Of a stretch of 64,000 nucleotides of DNA, positions 37,587 through 47,538 are shown piece by piece. Source of the stretch: Acidimicrobiales bacterium (GTDB taxonomy: Bacteria; Actinomycetota; Acidimicrobiia; Acidimicrobiales; SZUA-35); the NCBI GenBank assembly GCA_037968895.1, contig JBBKWJ010000117.1:16497-80496 (forward strand). The letters run 5' to 3'. Under the pieces are notes generated by a model that was not told the origin of the DNA, ran no database searches, and saw only the letters and a list, made by a program, of their open reading frames with translations. How positions within the stretch are numbered: position 1 is the stretch's first letter; each line of letters opens with the position of its first letter. The position numbers and the translations under genes are program-made.

Positions 37587-39265
37587 GTTCGCAAGCCGTC
37601 CGACAGCTCGATGATCTGATCGGCCCTCTCGAACGCAACCTGCCGGTGCGACACCGCAAGCACCGTTGCACCAGCGGCAGCCAAATTGGTCCACAGCTCC
37701 ACTTCGGTCTCAATGTCGAGTGCACTTGAAAGGTCGTCGAGGACGATCAACTCCGGACGGTGCACGAAGGCGCGAGCGGCCGCAAGACGCTGACGCTGGC
37801 CGCCAGATAGCCGCAACCCCCTCGGTCCGACCATCGTCTGCGTGCCTGCTGGCATCTGCTCGAGATCGTCACTAAGCGCGGCGAGCACGAGGGCGTGTTC
37901 GATCTCTGCCATCGACCCAGCGCCGAGGCCGATATTTGCGTGAAACGTGTCGGAGATCAGATTTGGAACCTGAGGGAGATACGCGGCCTGGGGCGGAATG
38001 AAGAAGGCCGCACGATCGAGGATCACCTCGTCGTTCCAGAACACGGCGCCACTCGTCTCTGCATTTGATTCGAGTCCGAGCAGCGTGCGCAACAATGTTG
38101 ATTTGCCCGCCCCAACCACGCCGGTGACAACAGTCAGCGTGCCCGGCCGTAGCTCAAAGCTGACGTTTTCGACTCCACCGCCGCCATCGAACCTGGCCGC
38201 AAGCGACTCGACTCGCAGCGAGCGAAGTGGAGTGCGGACTGGCAACACCCGTGAAGGCAACAATGACGGGTCTTCAAACGGCAGAAATCGGTGAACGACG
38301 AGCTTCTCGCGATCGCCTCCGGCGACCAGTTCGGACATTCCGTCGAAGGCGACGCGGGCCTGTTCTCGACGGGCCATCATTCGGCCGACCATTCGCGGTA
38401 GAAACCCGAGATACGTAAGGAAAACGGCGAAGATGGCGAAGTCACCGGTGTCGAATCGACCAGACGCAATCGCTCCGGCCGCGACGATGATTGTGATCGC
38501 GAAGCTGTATTCGCTTGAACCTCGAGCGAAAGCGAGTAAGCCGTCCTCGAGGACCCGATCTCGAACTGCGGTACCTCGTCTGATGTCGAAAAGCCCACTG
38601 AGGTGTCGGAGGGTTGGCTTGGTGGCACCGTTTACCTTGATGCTCGTGGCCGAGGCGAACACATCGCCAAGGGCCCCGGTGACCGCAACTGTTGCCTTCC
38701 GGTCTGCGGCTCTGAACTGCTGGATCCGCGTGTCGAGCAACCACGTCACAATGAACACCGCCGCCATTGGGATGACCAAAGCGACCGTGGCTCCCGCGTT
38801 GACGCCGCCGAGGATTGTCACCGCGACGATCGCGAAAACTGTCCCTGCTGATACGTCGATCCACGAATCGAGAAAGTGTGTCACGTCTTCGGGGTCGTCA
38901 CGGAAATGGGTGATCGCTTCACCGGACGACGCAACAGATTCAGCTGCGTCGTCACCACCACTCGCGATCTGAGCCGCAAGCATGTTGGCCCGAAGCATGC
39001 TGTCGATAAGCCAGAACGCCTTGACGAAGTAGCGGACCGCAAAATAGATCGAGATCATATGGATTGTCTCGGTGACCAGAAGAACGCCGGCGATGGTATA
39101 GACCCGTTCCGGCTCGCCATTGGTCAACGAATCGAAGGCGCGCCCAATGAGGACACCATCGAGAGCCGGCACCATAAAGAAAATGAGAAAGTAGAAGAAG
39201 GCGAGGAAGTAATCCTTGCTTCGGAACGTGGCCGCATTCCACGACAGACGCCATACGTTCATCAT
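37583..39265 (-). CDS. ABC exporter fused permease/ATPase (heterodimer subunit 2)
   Basis: GVVGAGKST, LSGGQ, LIVLDD, SHR; N-terminal TMD. Confidence 0.92.
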   Translation of the reverse strand: MMNVWRLSWNAATFRSKDYFLAFFYFLIFFMVPALDGVLIGRAFDSLTNGEPERVYTIAGVLLVTETIHMISIYFAVRYFVKAFWLIDSMLRANMLAAQIASGGDDAAESVASSGEAITHFRDDPEDVTHFLDSWIDVSAGTVFAIVAVTILGGVNAGATVALVIPMAAVFIVTWLLDTRIQQFRAADRKATVAVTGALGDVFASATSIKVNGATKPTLRHLSGLFDIRRGTAVRDRVLEDGLLAFARGSSEYSFAITIIVAAGAIASGRFDTGDFAIFAVFLTYLGFLPRMVGRMMARREQARVAFDGMSELVAGGDREKLVVHRFLPFEDPSLLPSRVLPVRTPLRSLRVESLAARFDGGGGVENVSFELRPGTLTVVTGVVGAGKSTLLRTLLGLESNAETSGAVFWNDEVILDRAAFFIPPQAAYLPQVPNLISDTFHANIGLGAGSMAEIEHALVLAALSDDLEQMPAGTQTMVGPRGLRLSGGQRQRLAAARAFVHRPELIVLDDLSSALDIETEVELWTNLAAAGATVLAVSHRQVAFERADQIIELSDGLRT

Positions 39266-40986
39266 GCGCTCTCGGCCAATGCGAGTGCGAGCAGCCTGGC
39301 GTACCGACCGGTTGGATCGGCCTCTAGCTCAACCCGCTTGCCAAACTCGACGACTCGGCCGTGATCGAGGACAAGGACGTTGTCGACGTGACGTAGGGTC
39401 GAGAGCCGGTGCGCTATCACGAGCGATGTCCGACCTTCGAGAAGGTGCCCGATCGCCTCCTGGAGCACACGCTCAGTGCCGGGATCGACCCGTGCTGTTG
39501 CTTCGTCGAGCACGACGACGTCAGGTTTACGCAACCAGACACGGGCAAGCGCCAGCAGCTGGGCCTCCCCTGCCGACAGGCCAACACCTGCACTGCCAAC
39601 CGGTGTGTCGACCCCTGACTCAACCAAGCGATCAAGGCCAACCTCGGTGAGTGCAGCGACAATGTCGGCGTCAGCAATTGAGCGATCGAAGAGCGCGACA
39701 TTATCTCTGACCGTTCCCGCGAGCAGCTGCACCTCCTGCGGCACGAGGGCGATGCGGTGTCTCAACTCGGACTCAGCGATGTCGGCGATTGAAGTCCCAC
39801 CGATCGACACGGTTCCCTCGGTTGCCTCGACAAGCCGAAGCACGAGCCGTGACAGCGTTGTCTTTCCGCTCCCGGTTCTGCCGACAATGCCGGTTGACTC
39901 ACCAGCCGGAAGTACAAGGTTGATGTCGTCGAGCACGAGCTCTTCGCCATAGTCGAATGAGACGCCTTCGAATTGAACTGCGAGCGGCCCTGGGGAAGGC
40001 GACGCCGAGCCGTCGAAGACAATGCTGGCCTTCATGTCGAGTAGCTCCCCCACTCTGACCGCGGCTCCCGAAGCTTTGTGCACCATGGGAAGCTCGTCGA
40101 TTGCGAGCTCAAGAGGCCGTCGCAACAACATCGTGAATTGGAACAGAAGGAAGGCAGTGCCAACGGTGAGAACATCGCGGCCAGTTAACAGAGCGCCAGA
40201 CACCAATACGGCAACCATCCCGCTCGCGACCACGACCATGGTGCGGGCATACGCTCGGACGTAGTTCACCTCGCGCCCGACCACGATGGGCAACGCGTCT
40301 GAACTCACCTCAATGAGCCGGCGCAAGCCGTACGCGCCCGCTCCGTTCGAACGAATATCGAGGGAGGCGGTGAGCTGCTCTTCGATCTCACCGTAAAGTC
40401 TTGCCTTGACCGCCGACTCATCAGTCGCTTCGTCGAGCGCCCTGTCTCGTTGTCCGGCGAGCACGTATAGGCCCAACCCGGCGTAGATCACCATCGCGAT
40501 TCCGAGCCGCCAATCGATCACGGTTACCGCCACAACCATCCCCGCCACGAGCAGCACGGCGCCGCCGATCGTGACCGAGACTCGGCCGAGAAGGTCTGAT
40601 ACCGATGTGACGTCGCCATCGACCCGGTGAATCAGCTCACCGGGCGGGTGCGAACGATGGAACTCTTGATCGAGACCAAGGACATGCTCGGTGAGTTGCA
40701 GACGAAGGCCGTTTGCCGTTCGCCACGCCAGAACCGTCGAAAGAAAAGCAACAAGGACGGTGGCTGCTTGCGACGCGATCGCAACGATCAGGTAGATCGT
40801 CCCCCACCGCACGACTGCGCCAGTGGTCGTTCCGTCGATGGCCGAGTCAATGATGTGACGAACAACAATCGGCCCGGCCAGTGGAAGTGCAGACGCGGCC
40901 GCGAGCACGATGGCGAGGCCTACGTACCGCCACGCATCGGGACGGATCAGCCGCCATATCGTCTTCCAGTGATTCCCCTTTTGCAC
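39262..40986 (-). CDS. ABC exporter fused permease/ATPase (heterodimer subunit 1)
   Basis: GRTGSGKTT, LSAGE, VLDEATA, IAHRLST; N-terminal TMD. Confidence 0.93.
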   Translation of the reverse strand: MQKGNHWKTIWRLIRPDAWRYVGLAIVLAAASALPLAGPIVVRHIIDSAIDGTTTGAVVRWGTIYLIVAIASQAATVLVAFLSTVLAWRTANGLRLQLTEHVLGLDQEFHRSHPPGELIHRVDGDVTSVSDLLGRVSVTIGGAVLLVAGMVVAVTVIDWRLGIAMVIYAGLGLYVLAGQRDRALDEATDESAVKARLYGEIEEQLTASLDIRSNGAGAYGLRRLIEVSSDALPIVVGREVNYVRAYARTMVVVASGMVAVLVSGALLTGRDVLTVGTAFLLFQFTMLLRRPLELAIDELPMVHKASGAAVRVGELLDMKASIVFDGSASPSPGPLAVQFEGVSFDYGEELVLDDINLVLPAGESTGIVGRTGSGKTTLSRLVLRLVEATEGTVSIGGTSIADIAESELRHRIALVPQEVQLLAGTVRDNVALFDRSIADADIVAALTEVGLDRLVESGVDTPVGSAGVGLSAGEAQLLALARVWLRKPDVVVLDEATARVDPGTERVLQEAIGHLLEGRTSLVIAHRLSTLRHVDNVLVLDHGRVVEFGKRVELEADPTGRYARLLALALAESA

Positions 40987-41072
40987 CGAGACAGTCTGCC
41001 TGTTTCGGCGAAGGCGTGCTGTTCATTTAGTCGGCTGTTCCTCGTCCCGGCCCAAACGGCTACGGTTTGGGC

Positions 41073-41435
41073 GTGTCACTCATCAGCGGACTTGACCACA
41101 TGTTGCTTCTCATCCCGGCAGGAACCGACGACGAAGCGCGAGCGTATTTCACCGGGATCCTCGGCATGCCCGAGATCCCCAAGCCACCGTCGCTCGCCGT
41201 TCGCGGTGGCTGTTGGTTTCAAGCCGGCAACCAACAACTCCACGTTGGGTCCGAGCCAACATTCGCTCCGGCGACGCGAGCTCATCCCGCGCTTACGACG
41301 ACACAGTTCGACGAGCTCAGACACCGTCTTGAGGCGGCGGGCTACGAGCTGACGGCTGGCTCAGTCGTTGACGGTCGACAGCAGTGGTTCACGACCGACC
41401 CATTCGGCAACCGCATCGAAATCGTTGCTCAATAA
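41073..41435 (+). CDS. VOC/glyoxalase family protein
   Basis: LDH, G.WF, QLH, HPA, DPFGNRIE. Confidence 0.9.
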   Translation: MSLISGLDHMLLLIPAGTDDEARAYFTGILGMPEIPKPPSLAVRGGCWFQAGNQQLHVGSEPTFAPATRAHPALTTTQFDELRHRLEAAGYELTAGSVVDGRQQWFTTDPFGNRIEIVAQ

Positions 41436-41446
41436 CAACTGACGAA

Positions 41447-41830
41447 TTAGGAGGTCGCAACTATCGCGATTTCCATCTTCCACTGGGGTTGTGCCAACCG
41501 CGGGACGACGACAAGCGTCGACGCTGCTCGATGACCACCAAGCGCTGCATCGCGTGCCCCCATCACTTCGTCGAGCGGTTCGCCATCGACCACATACGTC
41601 GTCACCGAAACGACGTCGGATGGAGCCATGTCGGCCTCGCTCAAGAGGACGAGCAGTATCTCCCAGACTCGCTCAGCTTGATCACCAATCGTGGTGGGCA
41701 CTGTTCCGTCGGCCAACATCGGCACTACACCCGATGTGTGCAGCATCCGCGTGGCCGAAGTCGACAGAACCGCATGGGCATAGTTCGCTGCTGGTGGAGC
41801 AAGTTCGTCTGGCTGTAACTCGGTATGCAT
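41447..41830 (-). CDS. RidA/YjgF family protein
   Basis: P...Y.HA, SG, Q, DVV.VT.Y, ASTLV.V..L..P.W..EI. Confidence 0.9.
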   Translation of the reverse strand: MHTELQPDELAPPAANYAHAVLSTSATRMLHTSGVVPMLADGTVPTTIGDQAERVWEILLVLLSEADMAPSDVVSVTTYVVDGEPLDEVMGARDAALGGHRAASTLVVVPRLAQPQWKMEIAIVATS

Positions 41831-41856
41831 CTCCGAATGATGACACGATGATCGCT

Positions 41857-42645
41857 ATGGCAGACCAATCCGTCCCGAGTCCTAACGTTTCCGATCTCTT
41901 TAGCATGGCGGGCAAGGTGGTGATTCTGACCGGCGCGTCATCGGGCCTCGGCAATCGCTTTGCCAAGGTTTTGAGCCAGGCCGGGGCCGCAGTTGTCGTT
42001 GCGGCTCGACGAGCCGACCGGCTTGACGAACTTGTCGACGAGCTTCCAAACGCACTCGCCGTTCCGTGCGACATCGCCGAAGCTGGAGCAGCGGCGGCAC
42101 TCATCGAAGCGACACTCACCGAATTCGGCCAAATTGACGTCGTCGTGAACAACGCGGGCATTTCGAGAGTGCTGCCGGCGATCGACGACGATATTGACGA
42201 GTTTCGGCGCGAACTCGAGATCGACCTCGTTGCGCCATACGAACTGGCCCGCCTCAGCGCAAAGTGGATGATCGGCCACGGCCGGTCCGGCTCAATCATC
42301 AACACCGGCTCGGTGCTTGGCATCGGGGGTGGGGGTCGGCTCAAGGCTCCTGGTTATGCGGCGGCCAAGGGTGGACTTCACAACCTCACTCGGGAGCTGG
42401 CGTCGCAATGGGCTCGGAAGAACATCAGGGTCAACGCCATCGCCCCCGGCTGGTTCGAGACTGAGATGAACACCGAGATGTTCGCCTCAAGTGGCGGTTT
42501 GAGCTACATCACTGACAACACGCCGATGGGTCGTCCTGGCTCACTTGACGAGCTCGACGGTGTCTTGCTATTCCTCGCATCGGGGGCATCGCGTTACGTC
42601 ACGGGGCAGGTTATTCCCGTCGACGGGGGCTGGACCGCAATCTAG
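41857..42645 (+). CDS. Short-chain dehydrogenase/reductase
   Basis: TGASSGLG, NNAG, YAAAK, VNAIAPGWF, VDGG. Confidence 0.95.
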   Translation: MADQSVPSPNVSDLFSMAGKVVILTGASSGLGNRFAKVLSQAGAAVVVAARRADRLDELVDELPNALAVPCDIAEAGAAAALIEATLTEFGQIDVVVNNAGISRVLPAIDDDIDEFRRELEIDLVAPYELARLSAKWMIGHGRSGSIINTGSVLGIGGGGRLKAPGYAAAKGGLHNLTRELASQWARKNIRVNAIAPGWFETEMNTEMFASSGGLSYITDNTPMGRPGSLDELDGVLLFLASGASRYVTGQVIPVDGGWTAI

Positions 42646-42709
42646 CAACACAATCAAACGAGATTGCCCCTAGATCATGGGTTGACCGACTGCTACTGTT
42701 CGCTGACTC

Positions 42710-43177
42710 ATGGACCTCTATTTCATTCGCCACGCTCATGCGGGCGATCGGCTGGCCGAACACCACGATCGCTACAGGCACCTGTCCGATCGCGGCCACG
42801 CCAGGGCGCAGGAGATCTCGAGCTTTCTCGCCGACGCCAATATCAGTCGAGTGATTTCAAGCCCGGCTACTCGGTGCGTTCAAACCGTTGAGCCGTTGGC
42901 GAAGTCGCTCGGTCTCGAGGTTGAAGAGCACGACGGCCTCTGGGAAGATTCGCTCCGTGATGAGGCGCTTGCGGTACTGAACAAAGTTGGGCCCGAAGGT
43001 GTCGCGATCTGCACGCACGGCAACATCATTCCCGAGGTCCTTGAGCTGCTGGCCGACACCGGAACCAAGCTAAAGGGGCGAGGCTGCGAGAAGGGCTCGA
43101 TCTGGGTGCTGACCTGGGAGAAGAAGCGGTTTAAGAAGGCCCGCTACCTTGCTCGCAAAGACTCGGGCGGTCGCTAG
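42710..43177 (+). CDS. Histidine phosphatase superfamily (SixA-like)
   Basis: RHA.A, LS..G, SSP..RC.QT, HG, KGS.W. Confidence 0.88.
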   Translation: MDLYFIRHAHAGDRLAEHHDRYRHLSDRGHARAQEISSFLADANISRVISSPATRCVQTVEPLAKSLGLEVEEHDGLWEDSLRDEALAVLNKVGPEGVAICTHGNIIPEVLELLADTGTKLKGRGCEKGSIWVLTWEKKRFKKARYLARKDSGGR

Positions 43178-43187
43178 AGCGCCTCTT

Positions 43188-43928
43188 TTACGGCGCCTCG
43201 CACCCGAGTTCAGCTCGCACCGACGACGTGAGCCCGGTAATCATGTCTGGGGTGTCGAGATCGTCGAGGACGGAGAAGTCAGCACACGCCAGTTCTTCTT
43301 CGCCAAGCCAGCTGTATTGGACCCCTCGCAGCGCCCGAGCATCGGGGTAGTTGGGCTCGATCTCGATTGCAGACGTGAGCGACGCGAGAGCCGAGGCGAA
43401 GAGCTCAACGGCGTTGTCTTGTTCGCCAATCGACTCTGCATTGCGGGCGGCCAGTGCCAGGAACCAACCTCGATAGGTTAGCGCCTCAGCATTCTGCGGG
43501 TCCTCGTCGAGCACCACGTCAAAGCACTGGAGTGCCTCAAGAGTTTGTTGAGCGAAGCCAAGCTGCTCGCATTCAAGAACCTTGTCTCGCAACGACTCGT
43601 CGAGGTTTCCGGTGAGCGCCTCGTCGGCTCCTCGTTCGCCCGACGCTTGAGCCAACAAATAGCCGGCGCCAACAGCAAACAGCACAACGCCTGCGACGAT
43701 TGCCGCCAGCTTGCCCTTTGAGCGGCCCACAGCTTTCTTGGCGACTGGCTTCTTCGAGTCGAGCGATCGAATGACATCGGCGGCCCGGACGGTGTAGTCG
43801 TTCCGAAGCTCGTGATAGTCAACTTCATCAATGTCGCCGGCTGCGAATTCCCTGTCGAGGTCTTTGATTGACCGAAGGAGGAACTCTCGTTCCTCCTCAA
43901 GCGGCGAAGGGCCAGGGTTTGGGGTCAC
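43188..43928 (-). CDS. CcmI/CycH-like TPR membrane protein
   Basis: L..DL..E...G.I...DY..L...Y, a TM helix, then TPR-like repeats. Last gene of the ccm operon. Confidence 0.75.
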   Translation of the reverse strand: MTPNPGPSPLEEEREFLLRSIKDLDREFAAGDIDEVDYHELRNDYTVRAADVIRSLDSKKPVAKKAVGRSKGKLAAIVAGVVLFAVGAGYLLAQASGERGADEALTGNLDESLRDKVLECEQLGFAQQTLEALQCFDVVLDEDPQNAEALTYRGWFLALAARNAESIGEQDNAVELFASALASLTSAIEIEPNYPDARALRGVQYSWLGEEELACADFSVLDDLDTPDMITGLTSSVRAELGCEAP

Positions 43929-44386
43929 TGCTTCCCCTTTAGCGCCTCGGCAACAACTGCCTCGTCGGCTTTCGTCATTTTCCGGTGGGCCCCTGTATCA
44001 CGAGTGACGATTGCCGCCACCGCCGCCCCGCCAGCGACAACGGCAAGCACCGGCAGAATCCACAACAACGAGGCGAAGCCGCCAGACGGCGGATTGAGAA
44101 GCACTCGCTCGCCGTAGCCCTGAAGAAGCTCATCGCGAATCTCTGTGTCGGTCTTGCCATCGGCGACGGAAACGGCAATAAAATCGCGAATTGTTACTGA
44201 TACTGCGGCGTTCGATTCGGCCACCGACTGCCCTTTGCACTCTGGACACGCATACGAGGACGAGAGCCGCTGCACGCGCTCGGCTTCGGTCTCGACTCCG
44301 GTGTCACTCACGCCAGCCACGACGAGAAGGGCGATCACGGCTACCAGAATCGCAGTCCATTGAATCAATCGTTTGCGGCTCATCAT
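43925..44386 (-). CDS. ccmH: Cytochrome c biogenesis protein CcmH
   Basis: CPECKGQSVAES, YG..VLL.PP, LLW.LP. Confidence 0.92.
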   Translation of the reverse strand: MMSRKRLIQWTAILVAVIALLVVAGVSDTGVETEAERVQRLSSSYACPECKGQSVAESNAAVSVTIRDFIAVSVADGKTDTEIRDELLQGYGERVLLNPPSGGFASLLWILPVLAVVAGGAAVAAIVTRDTGAHRKMTKADEAVVAEALKGKQ

Positions 44387-44955
44387 TCTCCGATCGCGTT
44401 TCGAACGTCGGCTGCCTCAATGCCACCGGGCACGTGAGCGACAACGATTCCGTCGGGATTCACCAGGAAGCTCTCTGGCACCTGAGCCACCTGAAACTTG
44501 ATGGCCAACGCCGGATCGAACAACACCGGCCAAGTACCACCGTTTTTCTCGAAGAACTCGGCGACGCGGTCTCGCTGGTCGTCGAACACAATCGAAAGAA
44601 CTTGCAGTTTGCCGTTGTCGGCTCCCCACTGTTCAAGCTCGACGAGATCTGGGTGTTCGGCCACACATGGAGGACACCAGGTCGCAAAGAAATTGACGAG
44701 CACCCATTGGCCCCGATGGTTATCGATGTTGAAATTTTCGCCACTGAGGGCAACGCCTTCAACTGCGGGCACCCGTTGGTCAACGAGCCGAGACGGATCA
44801 TCAGCCGCATCGCCGCCAGCAAAGGCGAGCAGCACGATGAAGGCCACGATGACCAGTCCGGTGATCAGGGCCAACCAGCGAGCCGTCGATCCTGATGGGG
44901 CTGTGCTCTCGGGACTATTCGGTTCTTCGGTTTGTCCCGGATCAGCGTCAGACAC
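44383..44955 (-). CDS. ccmG: CcmG/TlpA thiol:disulfide oxidoreductase
   Basis: N-terminal TM, VNFFATWCPPC..EHP, VPESF. AAGGAGG precedes GTG 44955. Confidence 0.85.
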   Translation of the reverse strand: MSDADPGQTEEPNSPESTAPSGSTARWLALITGLVIVAFIVLLAFAGGDAADDPSRLVDQRVPAVEGVALSGENFNIDNHRGQWVLVNFFATWCPPCVAEHPDLVELEQWGADNGKLQVLSIVFDDQRDRVAEFFEKNGGTWPVLFDPALAIKFQVAQVPESFLVNPDGIVVAHVPGGIEAADVRNAIGE

Positions 44956-46921
44956 TGGTGGCCTCCTTCTCACGAGCAGAAGCGGCAATCGAGCGACGAA
45001 GTTCGGCTGCATCCTGACGACGCTTTGAGCCAGGCACCAACGCCATTGCGGTGCCTATGGCCATGATGAAACCGCCACCCCACATCCACGCCATAAGCGG
45101 TCGCAGGATCACTCGAAGACCAATGGCCCCGCTGGAATCGTCGGGAACTCTGTCGAGCACGAGGTAGACGTCTTCAGTAAATCCGGAACGCACCGACGGG
45201 GTAGAGACCGGTGTTCCCATAGCTGCGAACCGCTGGACCGAAGGGGCGTAGACGTCGCTGCCATCGATCTCGATGAGAGCGTATACACGCTCGCGTCTCG
45301 CGTTCTGGTCGGCACCGAGTTCGAGGTAAGTGAATTCGTGATCGCCGACTACGACCGACTGTCCTGGCAGCAAAGTAATGTTTTGATCGGTCTTGTACGA
45401 CTCGCTTGCGGCTATGCCGACGGCAATGGCAATGATCCCGATGTGGACAATCATCCCGCCGTTGGCCCGGCCGACGAACCCGCGCCATCCATTGCGGCGT
45501 GAAGCGATAACCAACTGTCTGACAGCAGCGCCAGCACCAAAGCCTCCAAGTCCGAACGCAATCATCGGACTCACTCCCCTAGCACCGACGGCGAGAGCCA
45601 GCACCATGGCACCTACTCCGGCCAGCGCAGGGGTGAACAGACGGTCGCTCAATAGTTCTGCCGATGCCTTACGCCACGGAAGGGCCGGAGCTGTGGCCAT
45701 CAGAAACAGAATGAGCATCGCCAGCGGCATGCCAAGCGAGTCGAAATAGGGGCGGCCGATGGTGAGCCGAGTGCCGTCGTATGCCTCGTAGATCAGCGGG
45801 AAGACAGTCCCAAGCAAAATGACAAATGCAAAGGCTCCGAACAAGACGTTGTTGGCGAAGAATGCGGCCTCTCGCGACACGGCCGAGTCGATAGCACCGG
45901 GCGAACGCAGCTGATCGCCTCGCCATCCGATCAAGCCGACCGATACCAACGTCACCACTGCGAAGAAGACGAGAAGCGCCGGGCCGACGCCACCGTCGGA
46001 GAATGCATGCACCGAATTGACGACACCAGAGCGGGTCAGGAACGTGCCGAGAATCGTAAGGCTGAAGGTCGCGCAGAGCAGCGACAGGTTCCATACGCGG
46101 AGCATGCCTCTTCGCTCCTGGACCATCACCGAGTGGATGTAGGCCGTGCCGGTAAGCCACGGCAGCAACGACGCGTTCTCGACTGGATCCCATGCCCAGA
46201 AGCCGCCCCACCCGAGCACCTCGTAGCTCCACCACGAACCAAGCACGATGCCAAAGGTGAGGAAACCCCACGCTGCGAGTGTCCACCGTCTCGTCTCAAC
46301 GAGCCATCCTTCGCCGACTCGGCCGGTAATGAGCGCGCCGATCGCAAACGAGAACGGAACGGTGAACCCGACATAACCCATATAGAGGGCAGGCGGATGG
46401 AACGCGACAAGAATGTGATTTTGCAGTAGGGGGTTTGGTCCGGGACCGCTGAAGCCAGCTGCAACCTCGACCGGTGTGAATGGATTGGCTGGGCCTGCCA
46501 TCAGTCCGAAGAAGAAAGCGGATACGACCAGCATGACGACCAAGGCCCATCCAAAGAGCGGATCATCGGCCTCCTTGCGAAACTTGATCAACATGGCTGC
46601 GAGATACAACCCGAGGATCATGGCCCACAAAATGATCGAACCTTCAAGCGCCGACCAGAGAGCGGCGATGTTGAACAGCGTTGGTGTGGTGTCTGATCCG
46701 ACCTTCGACACGTACGACACCGAGTAGTCGCGCTGGGCAAGCGCTATTTGCATCACGGTGAACGTGCCGAGACCAGCAACGAGAACGAGCCATGCCCACT
46801 GACGGACCGATTTGGTCAACGCTCGATTGTGTGTGATCAGTCCGTACGCGCCGCCGACCGCGCCCAGTACAGACGCAGTGAGACCAAGAGCCGTGAAGCC
46901 AAATCCGAGAGCCGAATTCAC
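44948..46921 (-). CDS. ccmF: Cytochrome c heme lyase CcmF
   Basis: W...EGS, NPLLQ, HPP.LY.GY, WGGFWAWDPVENAS..PW, TRSG...SVHAF, H.G. Confidence 0.97.
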   Translation of the reverse strand: MNSALGFGFTALGLTASVLGAVGGAYGLITHNRALTKSVRQWAWLVLVAGLGTFTVMQIALAQRDYSVSYVSKVGSDTTPTLFNIAALWSALEGSIILWAMILGLYLAAMLIKFRKEADDPLFGWALVVMLVVSAFFFGLMAGPANPFTPVEVAAGFSGPGPNPLLQNHILVAFHPPALYMGYVGFTVPFSFAIGALITGRVGEGWLVETRRWTLAAWGFLTFGIVLGSWWSYEVLGWGGFWAWDPVENASLLPWLTGTAYIHSVMVQERRGMLRVWNLSLLCATFSLTILGTFLTRSGVVNSVHAFSDGGVGPALLVFFAVVTLVSVGLIGWRGDQLRSPGAIDSAVSREAAFFANNVLFGAFAFVILLGTVFPLIYEAYDGTRLTIGRPYFDSLGMPLAMLILFLMATAPALPWRKASAELLSDRLFTPALAGVGAMVLALAVGARGVSPMIAFGLGGFGAGAAVRQLVIASRRNGWRGFVGRANGGMIVHIGIIAIAVGIAASESYKTDQNITLLPGQSVVVGDHEFTYLELGADQNARRERVYALIEIDGSDVYAPSVQRFAAMGTPVSTPSVRSGFTEDVYLVLDRVPDDSSGAIGLRVILRPLMAWMWGGGFIMAIGTAMALVPGSKRRQDAAELRRSIAASAREKEATSV

Positions 46922-46928
46922 GATTTGC

Positions 46929-47405
46929 TCACTGCTCTACGTCGAGCTTTGATTCGATCTCTTCGTCGATGCGATCTGGATTGTCGGCAACGTACGACTC
47001 AGAGTGCTTGATCAGAAGCTGATCGGATTGGAACGTATCGCCGACCCAGTGGCCTTCGGCCACGACCGGAACTCCCCGTTCAAACAAGTCGGTCGGCTCG
47101 GCTCCGACGTGGTGAACCGTCACCGCCACATCGTTAAATGCCACCTCAAAGGTGATGCGACCTGATGAGTCAGTAGCTGGCTCTGACGCCACGACACCTT
47201 GTAGCCGGAATGTCTTGTTGCCGATCTCGTCACGCTGAGCGACCGCCTCATCGGCGTTGTAGAAATAGACGGTGGCGCTAGTTACTGCCTGAAACAAGAC
47301 AAAGCCGAGGACGGCGACAAACACCGCGACCACCGCGATATTGCGATAGCTACGACCGCCGGGGCTGTCGTCCGGCGACGCCGGGGTGAGATCGAGTTCA
47401 GTCAA
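46929..47405 (-). CDS. ccmE: Heme chaperone CcmE
   Basis: TM anchor, RL.G.V, LF..G..VVAEG, KHSESY (HxxxY). Start TTG 47405. Confidence 0.92.
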   Translation of the reverse strand: MTELDLTPASPDDSPGGRSYRNIAVVAVFVAVLGFVLFQAVTSATVYFYNADEAVAQRDEIGNKTFRLQGVVASEPATDSSGRITFEVAFNDVAVTVHHVGAEPTDLFERGVPVVAEGHWVGDTFQSDQLLIKHSESYVADNPDRIDEEIESKLDVEQ

Positions 47406-47538
47406 GGAAACGTCTCCGCTCTTCGGGAACCTGCTTGGCCAGTTGTTTTCCTCGACGAATAAGCCAGAAGCTGTACGCACCGAGGACCGCGAACACGAAG
47501 CCATAACCGGGAACCACGTATTGCCAACCGTTACTCAT
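47398..47538 (-). CDS. ccmD: Heme exporter protein CcmD-like (46 aa, below the ORF-track cutoff)
   Basis: MSNGWQYVVPGYGFVFAVLGAYSFWLIRRGKQLAKQVPEERRRFLD. ATGA overlap with ccmC; also overlaps the ccmE start. Confidence 0.85.
   Translation of the reverse strand: MSNGWQYVVPGYGFVFAVLGAYSFWLIRRGKQLAKQVPEERRRFLD

Noticed and set aside
37583..40986. Degenerate ABC motifs (LDD, LSAGE) as a sign of decay
   Set aside because: Non-canonical motifs are normal for heterodimeric ABC exporters, and both frames are intact.
41050..41072. Third copy of the REP-like element (GCCCAAAC-N7-GTTTGGGC)
   Set aside because: The arms are short and in the opposite arrangement. It overlaps a -10 box, so it is at most an operator.
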